A stretch of 64,000 nt of DNA from an uncultured bacterium (GTDB lineage Bacteria; Patescibacteriota; Minisyncoccia; Phycocordibacterales; UBA6065). Below the pieces are notes generated by a model. It made no database searches. It was not told the origin of the DNA and saw only the letters and a list, made by a program, of their open reading frames with translations. The stretch lies in the NCBI GenBank assembly GCA_966243015.1, contig CBIMES010000001.1, positions 362,076-426,075 of the forward strand. Reading direction: 5' to 3'. The position numbers and the translations under genes are program-made. How positions within the stretch are numbered: position 1 is the stretch's first letter; each line of letters starts with the position of its first letter. Shown here one piece after another: positions 55,636-64,000 of this stretch.

Positions 55636-56220
55636 TTATTTGTCCGAAGCGTAGCGCGTGAAGCGAACGATCTCGATCTTCTCGCCGAACTTCTGGACGC
55701 CCTCTGAGAGAACGCCAGCGATAGTGAGGTCAGGGTTCTTGATGAACGGCTGCTCGAGGAGAACTCGGTCAGCGAAGTAAGCGGAGAGCTTACCCTCGAG
55801 GATCTGGGCCTTCATAGCCTCAGGCTTGCCCTCGACCTCCTGAGCGAACACTGACTCGGCGACCTGCCTGTCAGCCTCCGTGATCTGCTCTCGCTTGAGG
55901 AACTCAGGCTTAGCAGCAGCGATGTGCATGGCGATATCGTACGCGAGAGCCTTGAAGTCAGGGTTCTTGGCGACGAAGTCGGTCTCGCAACCGAGCTCGA
56001 CCATAACGCCGACGGCACCCGTAGAGTGAATGTACGCCTGGATCATGCCTGCGCCGAGGGTTCGGTCTCCCTTCTTTGCGGCAGCCTCCGCACCCTTCTT
56101 CTTGAGGATGACGAGAGCCTTCTCCTTGTCACCGCCAGCCTCCTCGAGTGCCTTCTTGCACTGCATGACGGAGACGCCGGTTGCGTCGCGGAGTTCCTTG
56201 ATGAGATCTGTGCTGTTCAT
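55636..56220 (-). CDS. tsf: elongation factor Ts (short form)
   Basis: LIKELRDATGVSVMQCKKALEEAGGD UBA-like N-terminus followed by the dimerisation core. Confidence 0.88.
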   Translation of the reverse strand: MNSTDLIKELRDATGVSVMQCKKALEEAGGDKEKALVILKKKGAEAAAKKGDRTLGAGMIQAYIHSTGAVGVMVELGCETDFVAKNPDFKALAYDIAMHIAAAKPEFLKREQITEADRQVAESVFAQEVEGKPEAMKAQILEGKLSAYFADRVLLEQPFIKNPDLTIAGVLSEGVQKFGEKIEIVRFTRYASDK

Positions 56221-56295
56221 TGAAGTTTGAAAGAAAATAGTGATTCGTGGGTAAAAGCAAATACCATACGCCCGTAGACGTATAGTATAGCAGAC

Positions 56296-57030
56296 TTACT
56301 TCCTTGGCTCTGACGAGGTAGTCGCGGTAGCCGCAGGCTTGACGACCTTGCCGTCTGAGTACGCCTGAGCGAGCTCGTTGAGGAAGAATGCGACTGACGA
56401 TGCGCTTGCGTCGTTTGCAGGGATGACGTAGTCGACGAGTGAGAAGTCGCAGTCAGAGCTTGCGATAGCGACCACAGGGATGCCGCTCTGTCGAGCCTCC
56501 TCGACGGCGATGATCTCCTTCTTAGGGTCTACGATGACGAGAGCGCCTGGCTTCTCCTTCATGGTGACGATTCCTCCGAAGAGAAGGTCAAGCTTCGCGA
56601 TCTCTCGATCGATGAGGAGTCGCTCCTTCTTGGTGTACTTTGCGAGCTCGCCCTTCTCCTTCTCGATGAGTCGTGACTCAAGCTTCTCGACGCGCTTTCG
56701 GATCTGGCCGAAGTTGGTGAGGGTACCACCGATCCATCGTCCGGCTACTACAGGCTGGCCGGCCTTCTGTGCGGCTGTGCGAACGGCTGGGAGAGCCTCG
56801 CTCTTGCCTGCGGCGAAGAGAACCATCTTGCCCGAAGCGGCGACTGACTTAACGAAGGCCTTTGCCTTCTCGAGGGCGTCATGAGTCTTCTCGAGGTCGA
56901 AGATCTCAATCTTATTCTTAACGCCAAACACGAAAGGCTTGGTCGAAGGGTGTCGGCGAGACTTCGAGAGGCCGAAATGGGCCCCTACCTTGAACATCGC
57001 CTCGACTATTGAATTCTTGTCTTTTGTCAT
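56296..57030 (-). CDS. rpsB: 30S ribosomal protein S2
   Basis: S2 signature FGVKNKIEIFDLEKT...VVIVDPKKE. Confidence 0.95.
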   Translation of the reverse strand: MTKDKNSIVEAMFKVGAHFGLSKSRRHPSTKPFVFGVKNKIEIFDLEKTHDALEKAKAFVKSVAASGKMVLFAAGKSEALPAVRTAAQKAGQPVVAGRWIGGTLTNFGQIRKRVEKLESRLIEKEKGELAKYTKKERLLIDREIAKLDLLFGGIVTMKEKPGALVIVDPKKEIIAVEEARQSGIPVVAIASSDCDFSLVDYVIPANDASASSVAFFLNELAQAYSDGKVVKPAATATTSSEPRK

Positions 57031-57258
57031 AAATATGTGTTTCGAAAGCTTACCAAATATGGCTTAAAAAGGCAAGGTAAAGGGCCCCATAGACCTTTCC
57101 GTCGCCCCGGGTACGAATAAAAGCCCTCTGGCTTTTTGCTTTGCTCGGCCAGTCGGCCTACGCAAAGCCCTCTCTCGACAAGGGTCTAGAGGGCTTTATC
57201 CTTGCTAAATTTAAATAAATGTTGTAAAAAGAGGCCTGAATCCGAACCTCACACACCC

Positions 57259-57741
57259 ATGATCACAATTCCAGAAAGCAGTATTCAAGTCACCAATGGA
57301 AGAGCAGTGAAAGGATTAAGCATCTCCCTCGCCTTCCGCATTCAGGACAGGGGCGATAAAGTAACGCCAATCCTCATTCTAGGACAATATATGGGCAAAA
57401 GTCCCATTTCAGGCTACGTGCAGCTTGAGCACTTTAGATTCAGTCGAATAGAAAGATTCGACGTTAACTCAATAGAGCTATCCGAAAGGATTATCGATGA
57501 CAGGTATAACGAAGACCTCTTGGGGCTATTCCTTGAGGTGGGCTTGCCCACCATATTGCTCGGCCTGACCATAACCCTAAAGCCCGGTCATGCCAATACC
57601 GAGATCGGCGAAATTGAACTGTGCCTCGCAGGAAACGGTGGCAACGCCTTCACACTTCGCCCCGTAGAGTCGTCAGGGAGAAAATATCGCACTCGACCAC
57701 TGCACACAAACGACGTAAAGCGCCTGTTTACAAGCTGGTAA
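57259..57741 (+). CDS. hypothetical protein (AT-richer segment)
   Basis: ORF track gives 57202..57741; an internal ATG at 57259 (MITIPESS) is an alternative start. Followed by a terminator. Confidence 0.4.
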   Translation: MITIPESSIQVTNGRAVKGLSISLAFRIQDRGDKVTPILILGQYMGKSPISGYVQLEHFRFSRIERFDVNSIELSERIIDDRYNEDLLGLFLEVGLPTILLGLTITLKPGHANTEIGEIELCLAGNGGNAFTLRPVESSGRKYRTRPLHTNDVKRLFTSW

Positions 57742-57756
57742 TAGAGCCTGGCAAAA

Positions 57757-57790
57757 TCGCCTGACATGTCAGGCGATTTTTTATGCTTCC
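57757..57790. terminator. bidirectional terminator (aatcgcctgacatgtcaggcgatt + TTTTT)
   Basis: 10-bp stem followed by a T-run. Confidence 0.6.
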
Positions 57791-57809
57791 TTTATCTTTT
57801 ATTTAGATT

Positions 57810-58790
57810 TTACTCATCATCCCCTCCCCCTTCGGCGACCTCGCCCGTGAAGTTCGCGAGGGTCTCGATGACGTCGCCAATCTTCTCGCCCGAGAGAATG
57901 GTCTCGAGGTTATGCCAGTTCTGTCTGATGCGGTGATCGGTCATGCGGTCCTGCGGGAAGTTGTAGGTACGGATCTTCTCTGACCTGTTTCCGGTTCCGA
58001 GCTGGCCCTTCTTGTTCGCCGCGAACTTGGCTGCCTCCTCCGCGTCCTTCCTCTCCTGAAGCATGGCAGTGAGCATCATCATCGCCTTCTCACGGTTCTT
58101 GAGCTGGCTGCGCTCGGCGGTCACGCGCACGGCGAGACCTGTCGGCTTGTGGAAGAGACGCACGGCGGTCTCCACCTTGTTGACGTTCTGACCCCCCTTT
58201 CCGCCCGCTCGCGAGAACTCCATCTCAATCTCGGCAGGGTTTATCTCAATCGACGTGTGCTTCCTGATAGGCAGGATGGCGATGGAGACAGTCGAGGTGT
58301 GCACGCGACCCATCTTCTCGGTCTCGGGCACGCGCTGGACGCGATGAACGCCGGTCTCATAGCGAAGCTTGCGGTACACGTCACGGCCGTGAATCTCCAT
58401 GGACACCTCTTTGTAGCCTCCTACGTCCGAGCGCGACTCGTCGAGGAACGAGACCTGCCAGCCCTGGTTCACGGCGTAGGTCTTGTACATGTTCGTAAGC
58501 TCCTCGGCGAAGAGGGCCGCCTCGTCGCCGCCGGCGCCCGCGCGGATCTCCATGATGAGCTCGTTCGGGAACTGCTCCTCCTCCTTGTCGGCCGCCTCGA
58601 TGGCCTCGGCCTGCTTCACGATGTCCTTCTTCTGGGCGTCGATGCTCTCGAGGTCTGCCGCGCCGAGCTCCCTCATCGAAGGGTCCGCCTCCATGAGCGC
58701 GCGAAGCTCCGCCTCGTCCTTCTCGAGCTTCTCGCACATATCGGCGAGATATGAGGTCTTGTGATTCTTTCGGTACTTCGCTATGTCCAT
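57810..58790 (-). CDS. prfA: peptide chain release factor 1
   Basis: GGQ motif ([11 protein letters not shown]) plus a PxT-type tripeptide (VPETE); no frameshift, so this is RF1 rather than RF2. Confidence 0.88.
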   Translation of the reverse strand: MDIAKYRKNHKTSYLADMCEKLEKDEAELRALMEADPSMRELGAADLESIDAQKKDIVKQAEAIEAADKEEEQFPNELIMEIRAGAGGDEAALFAEELTNMYKTYAVNQGWQVSFLDESRSDVGGYKEVSMEIHGRDVYRKLRYETGVHRVQRVPETEKMGRVHTSTVSIAILPIRKHTSIEINPAEIEMEFSRAGGKGGQNVNKVETAVRLFHKPTGLAVRVTAERSQLKNREKAMMMLTAMLQERKDAEEAAKFAANKKGQLGTGNRSEKIRTYNFPQDRMTDHRIRQNWHNLETILSGEKIGDVIETLANFTGEVAEGGGDDE

Positions 58791-58807
58791 ATAAGTTGGT
58801 TCAAGTA

Positions 58808-58850
58808 TACAGCAAAAAAGCGGGCCCTCCCGAGGGAGGCCCGCTCTTTT
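58808..58850. terminator. bidirectional terminator (agcgggccctcccgagggaggcccgct + CTTTT)
   Basis: long GC stem. Confidence 0.55.
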
Positions 58851-58853
58851 AAG

Positions 58854-59126
58854 CTACGCCTTCTTGGTCTTCTTGGCAGCAGAGGTTGCCTGTCGGGCCT
58901 TGAACTTCTCCACGCGGCCCGCGGTGTCGATAACAGTGTCGTTACCGGTGTAGAACGGGTGCGAAGCCGAAGAGATTTCGACGTGGTAGAGAGGATACTC
59001 GTTTCCGTCAGTCCACTTGTCGGTCTCCTTGGTCACGACGGCAGAGCTGATGAGGAATCGCTCCTTGCTCGAGTTATCGAGGAAGATAACTGGGCGGTAA
59101 TTATTTGGGTGGGTTTCTTTCTTCAT
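58854..59126 (-). CDS. rpmE: 50S ribosomal protein L31 (type B, lacking the zinc-binding Cys residues)
   Basis: [23 protein letters not shown]. Confidence 0.9.
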   Translation of the reverse strand: MKKETHPNNYRPVIFLDNSSKERFLISSAVVTKETDKWTDGNEYPLYHVEISSASHPFYTGNDTVIDTAGRVEKFKARQATSAAKKTKKA

Positions 59127-59175
59127 AGAGACAAAAACTATAGCGTATGAGGGCTAAAAAAGCAAACAAAGGCCA

Positions 59176-60549
59176 CTACTGCCCCAGAATTGGATCAATC
59201 ATCGTCGACTGTATGAGCTGCGCCTTCGCCCACACCTGATCGCCGTAGAAGGCGTTGGCAGGCTTCTTTGAGTCGCACGCGCGGCCAGAATAGTAGCGAC
59301 AGGCGGCGTTTCGCTCGGCGGTGTAACCCCCTACCCCCGCGCCAAGGTCGTCGACATAGATGGCGGTCGCGGTGATGGCGTGGTACGGATTCCACGGGTC
59401 TGCCTGGTCAGCCGAGACGCCAACTGCCGAGCCGATGCGCTTCTTGAAGAGCTCCCAGGTAGACGGTATGAACTGCGACGGGCCCATGCCCCCTCCGAAG
59501 CCTCGCCCCACGTAATAGGTCGCGCCTGGCGGGCACGAGACCGGCGTAGACCGCCAATCCTTGCCGAGGCGCGAGGTGATAGCAAGGAACGGCGTGGTAT
59601 CGCGCGGCGCGGCCATGACCCTTTGGAACGGGTTACCCGTATTCTTGCCCTGACCGTCTCCCGTCGAGCTGTTGGTCACGAGACACGACCCCACGTTCTT
59701 TCCGAGGTCAGACTCCTGCGTGAGGATGGCGAGGATGAAGGCTGGTCGCACGCCCGTGTTCTTTGACGCCTCTACGGCGTAATCGTATGCGTCTCCGAAC
59801 GGAATGCCGTCGGTGCCGCGAAGCTCGAAGAGGGCCGACCTAATCTGCGAAATGCGAGCAGTCTTTTCGGCCACGAACTGCTGATAGGTCTTGAGCTGAC
59901 CGTTCTTGATGGAGAGAAGCTCAGCCTGCTCGGCCTTCTTGCTTTGGACGAGCTTCTCCTCGGCCTGGATTGCGGCGCGGGCATCGGCCTCTCGCGCCTT
60001 GCGTGCCTCGAGATCAGCCTTCTCAGTGGCCGTCTGGTTCCTGAAATCGCGAACGTCGTCCATCATGAGGCCGAGCGATTTCTTGACCGTCTGGAACGAG
60101 TCGACCTCAACAAAGAACTCGGAGAACTCCTTACCCGAAAGCAGCATGACGGGAAGCGAGGTTGAGTCGCCCTCGTTCGTGCGGCGGATGAGGTTCGCGA
60201 GAGAGTCCTGGCTGCGGCCAAGCTTGCCCTCAAGCTCCTGAATCGAGCTCGCCTTGGTGCCGATGTCCTTGGTCAGGCCGTCGATCGTGAGGGTACGAAG
60301 CTTGATCTTTGCCTGCGCCTCCTTGATCTGAGCGTCAATGAGGGCGATGGCCTGCTCGATAGTGGTCTTCTGGCCCTGAAGCTTGTTCACGTCCTGAGTG
60401 AGCAGGTTGATTTCCTCCTGAAGCCTCTTCTCCTCCTCGCGAAGCTTCGCCTCGTAGTCGGCAGTGCTCTGCGCGAAGACGGCCGCCTGCGGCGCGAACG
60501 CGATGAGCGAAAACGAGAGAGCGATCAGTGCCTTCAGTGTCTTTCTCAT
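59176..60549 (-). CDS. secreted coiled-coil protein with a C-terminal lytic-transglycosylase-like / peptidoglycan hydrolase-like domain
   Basis: Start at the ATG at 60549 (MRKTLKALIALSFSLIAFAPQAAVFA signal peptide), long heptad region, then GVRPAFILAILTQESDLG. The ORF-track N-terminal extension to 60783 is Arg-rich and reads through a terminator. Confidence 0.6.
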   Translation of the reverse strand: MRKTLKALIALSFSLIAFAPQAAVFAQSTADYEAKLREEEKRLQEEINLLTQDVNKLQGQKTTIEQAIALIDAQIKEAQAKIKLRTLTIDGLTKDIGTKASSIQELEGKLGRSQDSLANLIRRTNEGDSTSLPVMLLSGKEFSEFFVEVDSFQTVKKSLGLMMDDVRDFRNQTATEKADLEARKAREADARAAIQAEEKLVQSKKAEQAELLSIKNGQLKTYQQFVAEKTARISQIRSALFELRGTDGIPFGDAYDYAVEASKNTGVRPAFILAILTQESDLGKNVGSCLVTNSSTGDGQGKNTGNPFQRVMAAPRDTTPFLAITSRLGKDWRSTPVSCPPGATYYVGRGFGGGMGPSQFIPSTWELFKKRIGSAVGVSADQADPWNPYHAITATAIYVDDLGAGVGGYTAERNAACRYYSGRACDSKKPANAFYGDQVWAKAQLIQSTMIDPILGQ

Positions 60550-60574
60550 GTGAGAGTATATTTTAACACATTCG

Positions 60575-60610
60575 GACAGCGAAAAACCGCTCGAGCGAGC
60601 GGTTTTTCTG
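60575..60610 (-). terminator. intrinsic terminator after rplY (aaaaccgctcgagcgagcggttttt)
   Basis: hairpin followed by a U-run. Confidence 0.55.
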
Positions 60611-60628
60611 TGGGGTAATGAGTTAGGC

Positions 60629-61282
60629 TTACTTCTCCTCTGCCGCACCCTCCTCGCCCTCCTTTGCCTCCTTGCCCTTCTTGGCAACCTCGATGGTCGA
60701 GAGGTCGATTGGTGCCGCTGGCTCCTCTGGCTCCTCCTTCGGCTCAGATACCGAGGCGACGATGTCGTCAGGACTGATAGCAAGCTCTACGCCCGCAGGA
60801 AGAGCGATCTCCTTGGCGGTGATGACCGACTTGAAGTCGACGAGAGACGCGACGTTTACCTCAATCTTGTGAGGAAGGTCCTTAGGGAGAGCCTCAATCT
60901 CGATATCGTGAAGAACCTTGACGAGGGTTCCGCCGAGCTCCTTGACCGCAGGCGCGTTGCCGACGAACTCGAGAGGAACGTTGACCTTGATCTTCTTGCC
61001 CTTCTCGAAGACGTAGAAGTCTACGTGAACAGGCTTGCCGGTGACTGGATGAAGGTCGAGATCGTGGATGAGAGACTCAACCTCGATACCCTCGCCCTTG
61101 AGGATGACGACGGTAGACTCACCGGCCTGCTTGTAGGCCTTGATGAAGTCGACGGTCGAAACGGTGATAGGGGTCGATGCCTCCTTCTTTCCGTAAAATA
61201 CCGCAGGGACATTGCCTGCCTTTCGAAGTGCCTCAACGTCCGCCTTGAGGTCTCGCTTCTCTACTTTGAGTGTTATTGCCAT
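60629..61282 (-). CDS. rplY: 50S ribosomal protein L25 / general stress protein Ctc with an acidic C-terminal extension
   Basis: L25 beta-barrel N-domain (VFYGKKEASTPITV) followed by an E/K-rich tail. Confidence 0.88.
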   Translation of the reverse strand: MAITLKVEKRDLKADVEALRKAGNVPAVFYGKKEASTPITVSTVDFIKAYKQAGESTVVILKGEGIEVESLIHDLDLHPVTGKPVHVDFYVFEKGKKIKVNVPLEFVGNAPAVKELGGTLVKVLHDIEIEALPKDLPHKIEVNVASLVDFKSVITAKEIALPAGVELAISPDDIVASVSEPKEEPEEPAAPIDLSTIEVAKKGKEAKEGEEGAAEEK

Positions 61283-61330
61283 AGGTTTCCTAGTATATAC
61301 AGAGTCCCAGAAAAGTCAAAGGATTTCCCC

Positions 61331-61519
61331 TTATCTGAGGAAAAAGAAGACCGCCACGGCGAAGAAAAGGAGCGACGCCACGACCTGAATCTTGTTCGCG
61401 CCCGACACATCCTTTGCCCAGCCCTTCGCGATGAGCCAGCCGGCGAGCTTTGGGGTCTTCTGGACTCCGAAATCGCGCCTCTGCTGAATGCCGCCGCCCT
61501 CGTTGAATTCTACTGACAT
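61331..61519 (-). CDS. small hypothetical protein with a C-terminal TM helix (doubtful)
   Basis: 62-aa ORF with no SD. Confidence 0.25.
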   Translation of the reverse strand: MSVEFNEGGGIQQRRDFGVQKTPKLAGWLIAKGWAKDVSGANKIQVVASLLFFAVAVFFFLR

Positions 61520-61573
61520 GGGTTTTTGTGCTTAAAAGTTGCCTATAAATGCGTATCTGAGTATACCACGGCC

Positions 61574-63238
61574 CTACGAGCGCGCGAGGTGATTCATCAT
61601 GAATTCCTTGGTATCGCCCACCTTTTTGCCCGGATTGAGGATATTTTGAGGGTCAAAGACGTCCTTGGTTGCCTTAAAGAGGGTCATGACCTCGGAACCG
61701 TACATCTTTGGCAGGTACGGCGTGCGGATGATGCCGTCATTGTGTTCGCCCGTGATCGAGCCGCCGTACGAGAGGACGAGGTCATATACCTTGTCGGACA
61801 CCTCGTCGATGATTCTCACGTTCCCCTCGTCCTTCATGTCCATGAGCGGGATGATGTGGAAGTTTCCGTTGCCCGCGTGACCGGCGATGGTGTAGACAAG
61901 CTTGTACTCGTCGAGGATGGCGCGCATCTTTGGCAGGAAGTCAGGCATGGTGCGCGGAGGCACGACCACGTCGTCAACGAACGGCGCGGTCCTGCGGCCT
62001 CTTACGTGCTGGCGAAGGAGGTTGAAGCTCTCGCGACGGATGGTCCAGTACTTCTCAGAGTCGAACTCGTCCTTGGCGCGACGGGTCTTGAAGCCGTATG
62101 GCGCGACCTTTGCCTGAAGGTCGCTGATTTGAGCATCAATTTCGGCAACACTGTCGCCCGAGAACTCGACAAGAAGCACGACTTTCGGCATACCGCCGGT
62201 AAGTGCCATCCACGCCTCGGGGATGAAGCTCCAGAGAAGGCGGAAGAAGTTGAGCTTCATGGTCTTGAGCATCGACGGCAGGAACTTTACAGCCAGGGCC
62301 ATGGTGCTGTCGTCGTATGACTCGAGGCTCTCGGGTTGGAACGGCAGAATGTCGTTCACGATATCACCAAGACGATTGAGGCTCGGCATGAAGATCACGA
62401 AAAGCTTTGAGAGCGGCTTTACGGGCACGAGACGGACCGTGGCTTCAGTCACAATACCGAGCGTACCCTGAGAGCCCACGATGAGCTTGGTAAGGTCAAA
62501 AGTCTGGGTTTTATCGTCCCAGACGTTCCACAGGAAATATCCCGCCGAGTTTTTGCTGACCTTCGGCTTTGCGCCTGCAATGACGGCGCCGTTCTGGGAA
62601 ATCATGTCCCACATCTTTCGATACACCACGCCCTCGAAGTCAGGCTGCGCGATTTTCGCGTCGAGCTCGGCCTTGGTGAGCGGCCTTACGACGTACTCGC
62701 CGCCGTCCTGGAAGACGACCTTGAGCGACCTCACGTAGTTCTCCATCTTGCCGTAGCGAAGGGTCTTCTCGCCCGCCGAGTTGTTGCCGATCATGCCGCC
62801 GATAGCGTTAAGGTTCTTCGAGGCGGTGTAGCACGGGAGAATAAGGTTCCGCTTGAGCGTCTCAACCTCGAAATCTCGATAGAAGGTTCCTGGAAGGACC
62901 ACGGCCTCTCCCCCGTCCGCCGTTTTCGACACGCTCTTGGTACCCTGCATGTAGCGACTGACGTCGAGGATGATCGAGTCATTGAGGGGACCGCCCGACA
63001 TGCACGTTCCCGCGGCGCGCACCGTCACTGAAAGACCTGGAAAAGAGGACTTGTTCTCGGCGACAAAACGGACCACCGCCTGAATGTCCTGGGCATCCTT
63101 GGGGAAAAGGACGACCGCGGGCTTCACCTCGCACAAGCTGGCATCGTGACTGTACCTGACAAGCGTCTCGGTGGAGTCGTCGACGTCTCCTTTGAAGACA
63201 TTCTTAAGCTGAGTCTTGAGGGCGGTGATGGGATTCAT
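61574..63238 (-). CDS. FAD-binding oxidoreductase (FAD-linked oxidase, GlcD/D-lactate dehydrogenase family)
   Basis: N-terminal FAD_binding_4 motifs (VVRAAGTCMSGG, GSQGTLGIVTEATVRL) followed by a C-terminal oxidase domain. Confidence 0.85.
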   Translation of the reverse strand: MNPITALKTQLKNVFKGDVDDSTETLVRYSHDASLCEVKPAVVLFPKDAQDIQAVVRFVAENKSSFPGLSVTVRAAGTCMSGGPLNDSIILDVSRYMQGTKSVSKTADGGEAVVLPGTFYRDFEVETLKRNLILPCYTASKNLNAIGGMIGNNSAGEKTLRYGKMENYVRSLKVVFQDGGEYVVRPLTKAELDAKIAQPDFEGVVYRKMWDMISQNGAVIAGAKPKVSKNSAGYFLWNVWDDKTQTFDLTKLIVGSQGTLGIVTEATVRLVPVKPLSKLFVIFMPSLNRLGDIVNDILPFQPESLESYDDSTMALAVKFLPSMLKTMKLNFFRLLWSFIPEAWMALTGGMPKVVLLVEFSGDSVAEIDAQISDLQAKVAPYGFKTRRAKDEFDSEKYWTIRRESFNLLRQHVRGRRTAPFVDDVVVPPRTMPDFLPKMRAILDEYKLVYTIAGHAGNGNFHIIPLMDMKDEGNVRIIDEVSDKVYDLVLSYGGSITGEHNDGIIRTPYLPKMYGSEVMTLFKATKDVFDPQNILNPGKKVGDTKEFMMNHLARS

Positions 63239-63301
63239 GTCTCAAGTATAGCAAAAGCCCCGGGCTTTCCCGAGGCTTGCGCAAGAAGACTTCCCGTCGG
63301 C

Positions 63302-63999
63302 CTACTGACCCTGAACCTGGAGGACTCCCCTAGTGACCGGGCCAAAGTAGCCCGCCGAGGGCACGACGCCGTTCGCCGCCTGATACTCGGCGAGGGCAGC
63401 GCGGGTCAGCGAGCCGAAGTAACCGGTGGCGCCGACGTTCGCGAGGGCCTGGGCGCGGGTCGTGCTGCCGCCATTCTGGTTGATGAGGAACGACTGGAGC
63501 TGCCTTACGTCGTCACCAATCGAGCCGACAGTGAGATTCCTGCGGATGCTGCTTGGCCGAGGGGCCGGGGAAGAAGATCCCGTCGATGCCCGGGACGCGG
63601 TTGACGTTGCAACCACGGACGCATTGTTCAGAACCTCGACCACTGAAGGATTCATGAATCGTGCGAGGAGGCTAATGATTTGCTGCATGCTGTATCCTCT
63701 CGTATCAAGGGATGCCGAAGATCCAGCCGGCACAGAGACCGATACGGACGACCTCCTCACGCTGCTCGTCGGAACGGGAGACGTAGGGCAACCAAGCGTC
63801 TTGAAAGTTCCGTCAGAGCTGAGCGTCATGTTGTTTGAGGCGTCCTTAACAGCGATCTGGTAGTGATACACCGTGCAGGCGCTCAAATTATTGATGTTGG
63901 CGACGTGGCTGACAACCCTGTTCGAGACATTCATCTCGTCAGTCTGCTGGCCGTAGGAGGTGGTTGGGCCGTAAAAGATTCTCGCTGAGGTAACCTCGT
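63302..63999 (-). CDS. peptidoglycan-binding (PG_binding_1) repeat protein with an upstream FN3-like region; the 5' end runs beyond the window
   Basis: C-terminal repeats VGSIGDDVRQLQSFLINQNG and GATGYFGSLTRAALAEYQAANG. The reading frame stays open upstream of the ATG at 63934 to the window end. Confidence 0.65.
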   Translation of the reverse strand, partial: EVTSARIFYGPTTSYGQQTDEMNVSNRVVSHVANINNLSACTVYHYQIAVKDASNNMTLSSDGTFKTLGCPTSPVPTSSVRRSSVSVSVPAGSSASLDTRGYSMQQIISLLARFMNPSVVEVLNNASVVATSTASRASTGSSSPAPRPSSIRRNLTVGSIGDDVRQLQSFLINQNGGSTTRAQALANVGATGYFGSLTRAALAEYQAANGVVPSAGYFGPVTRGVLQVQGQ

Positions 64000-64000
64000 T

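Noticed and set aside
59176-60783. ORF-track N-terminal extension (535 aa) of the coiled-coil/LT protein
   Set aside because: The extension is Arg/Ser-rich, reads through the rplY terminator hairpin (60575-60610) and overlaps the rplY 3' end. A signal-peptide start at the ATG at 60549 is far more plausible.
1-63999. CRISPR arrays, rRNA genes, transposases or integrases
   Set aside because: No direct-repeat/spacer periodicity was seen. There is no rRNA-like conserved sequence, and there are no ORFs with recognisable transposase, integrase or recombinase motifs. The mobile-looking islets carry only cargo-type genes.

Overview
This window looks like a gene-dense, roughly 60% GC bacterial chromosome segment that is overwhelmingly transcribed on the minus strand. 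The taxonomic guess, from the reduced domain content (see the reduced-domain finding), is a streamlined CPR/Patescibacteria-like bacterium; this is inference only. Most of it is core housekeeping, from 1 to 64 kb: uvrA (partial), uvrB with a translationally coupled alpha/beta-hydrolase, tgt, a LOG-family gene, an FKBP gene, dnaG-rpoD, rpoB-rpoC, trmD, a KH-domain gene, rpsP, rnr, a short smc, rnc, a NusB-NUDIX fusion, rpmF, rnhB, dnaE, thrS, gyrB, pheS-pheT, an SPFH-family gene, tsf-rpsB, prfA, rpmE and rplY. There are also two partial or edge genes. Accessory content sits between these blocks. Five type IV pilin-like genes lie in three loci, two of them with LamG-like domains. A Doc/Phd-like toxin-antitoxin pair sits in an AT-rich islet next to a secreted coiled-coil protein. 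An HNH endonuclease sits in an AT-rich islet abutting a tRNA-Thr(UGU). Two tandem paralogous hypothetical genes share a palindromic upstream motif. Two small basic Gly-rich paralogs follow a terminator-containing leader. A tightly overlapping two-gene module is driven by a consensus promoter. A putative T-box leader precedes thrS. A roughly 70-nt repeat with compensatory stem changes follows both rnc and gyrB. No CRISPR array, rRNA gene or obvious transposase was seen. Coordinates I derived myself (adjusted starts, RNA elements) may be off by a few nucleotides; ORF-track coordinates are used where possible.
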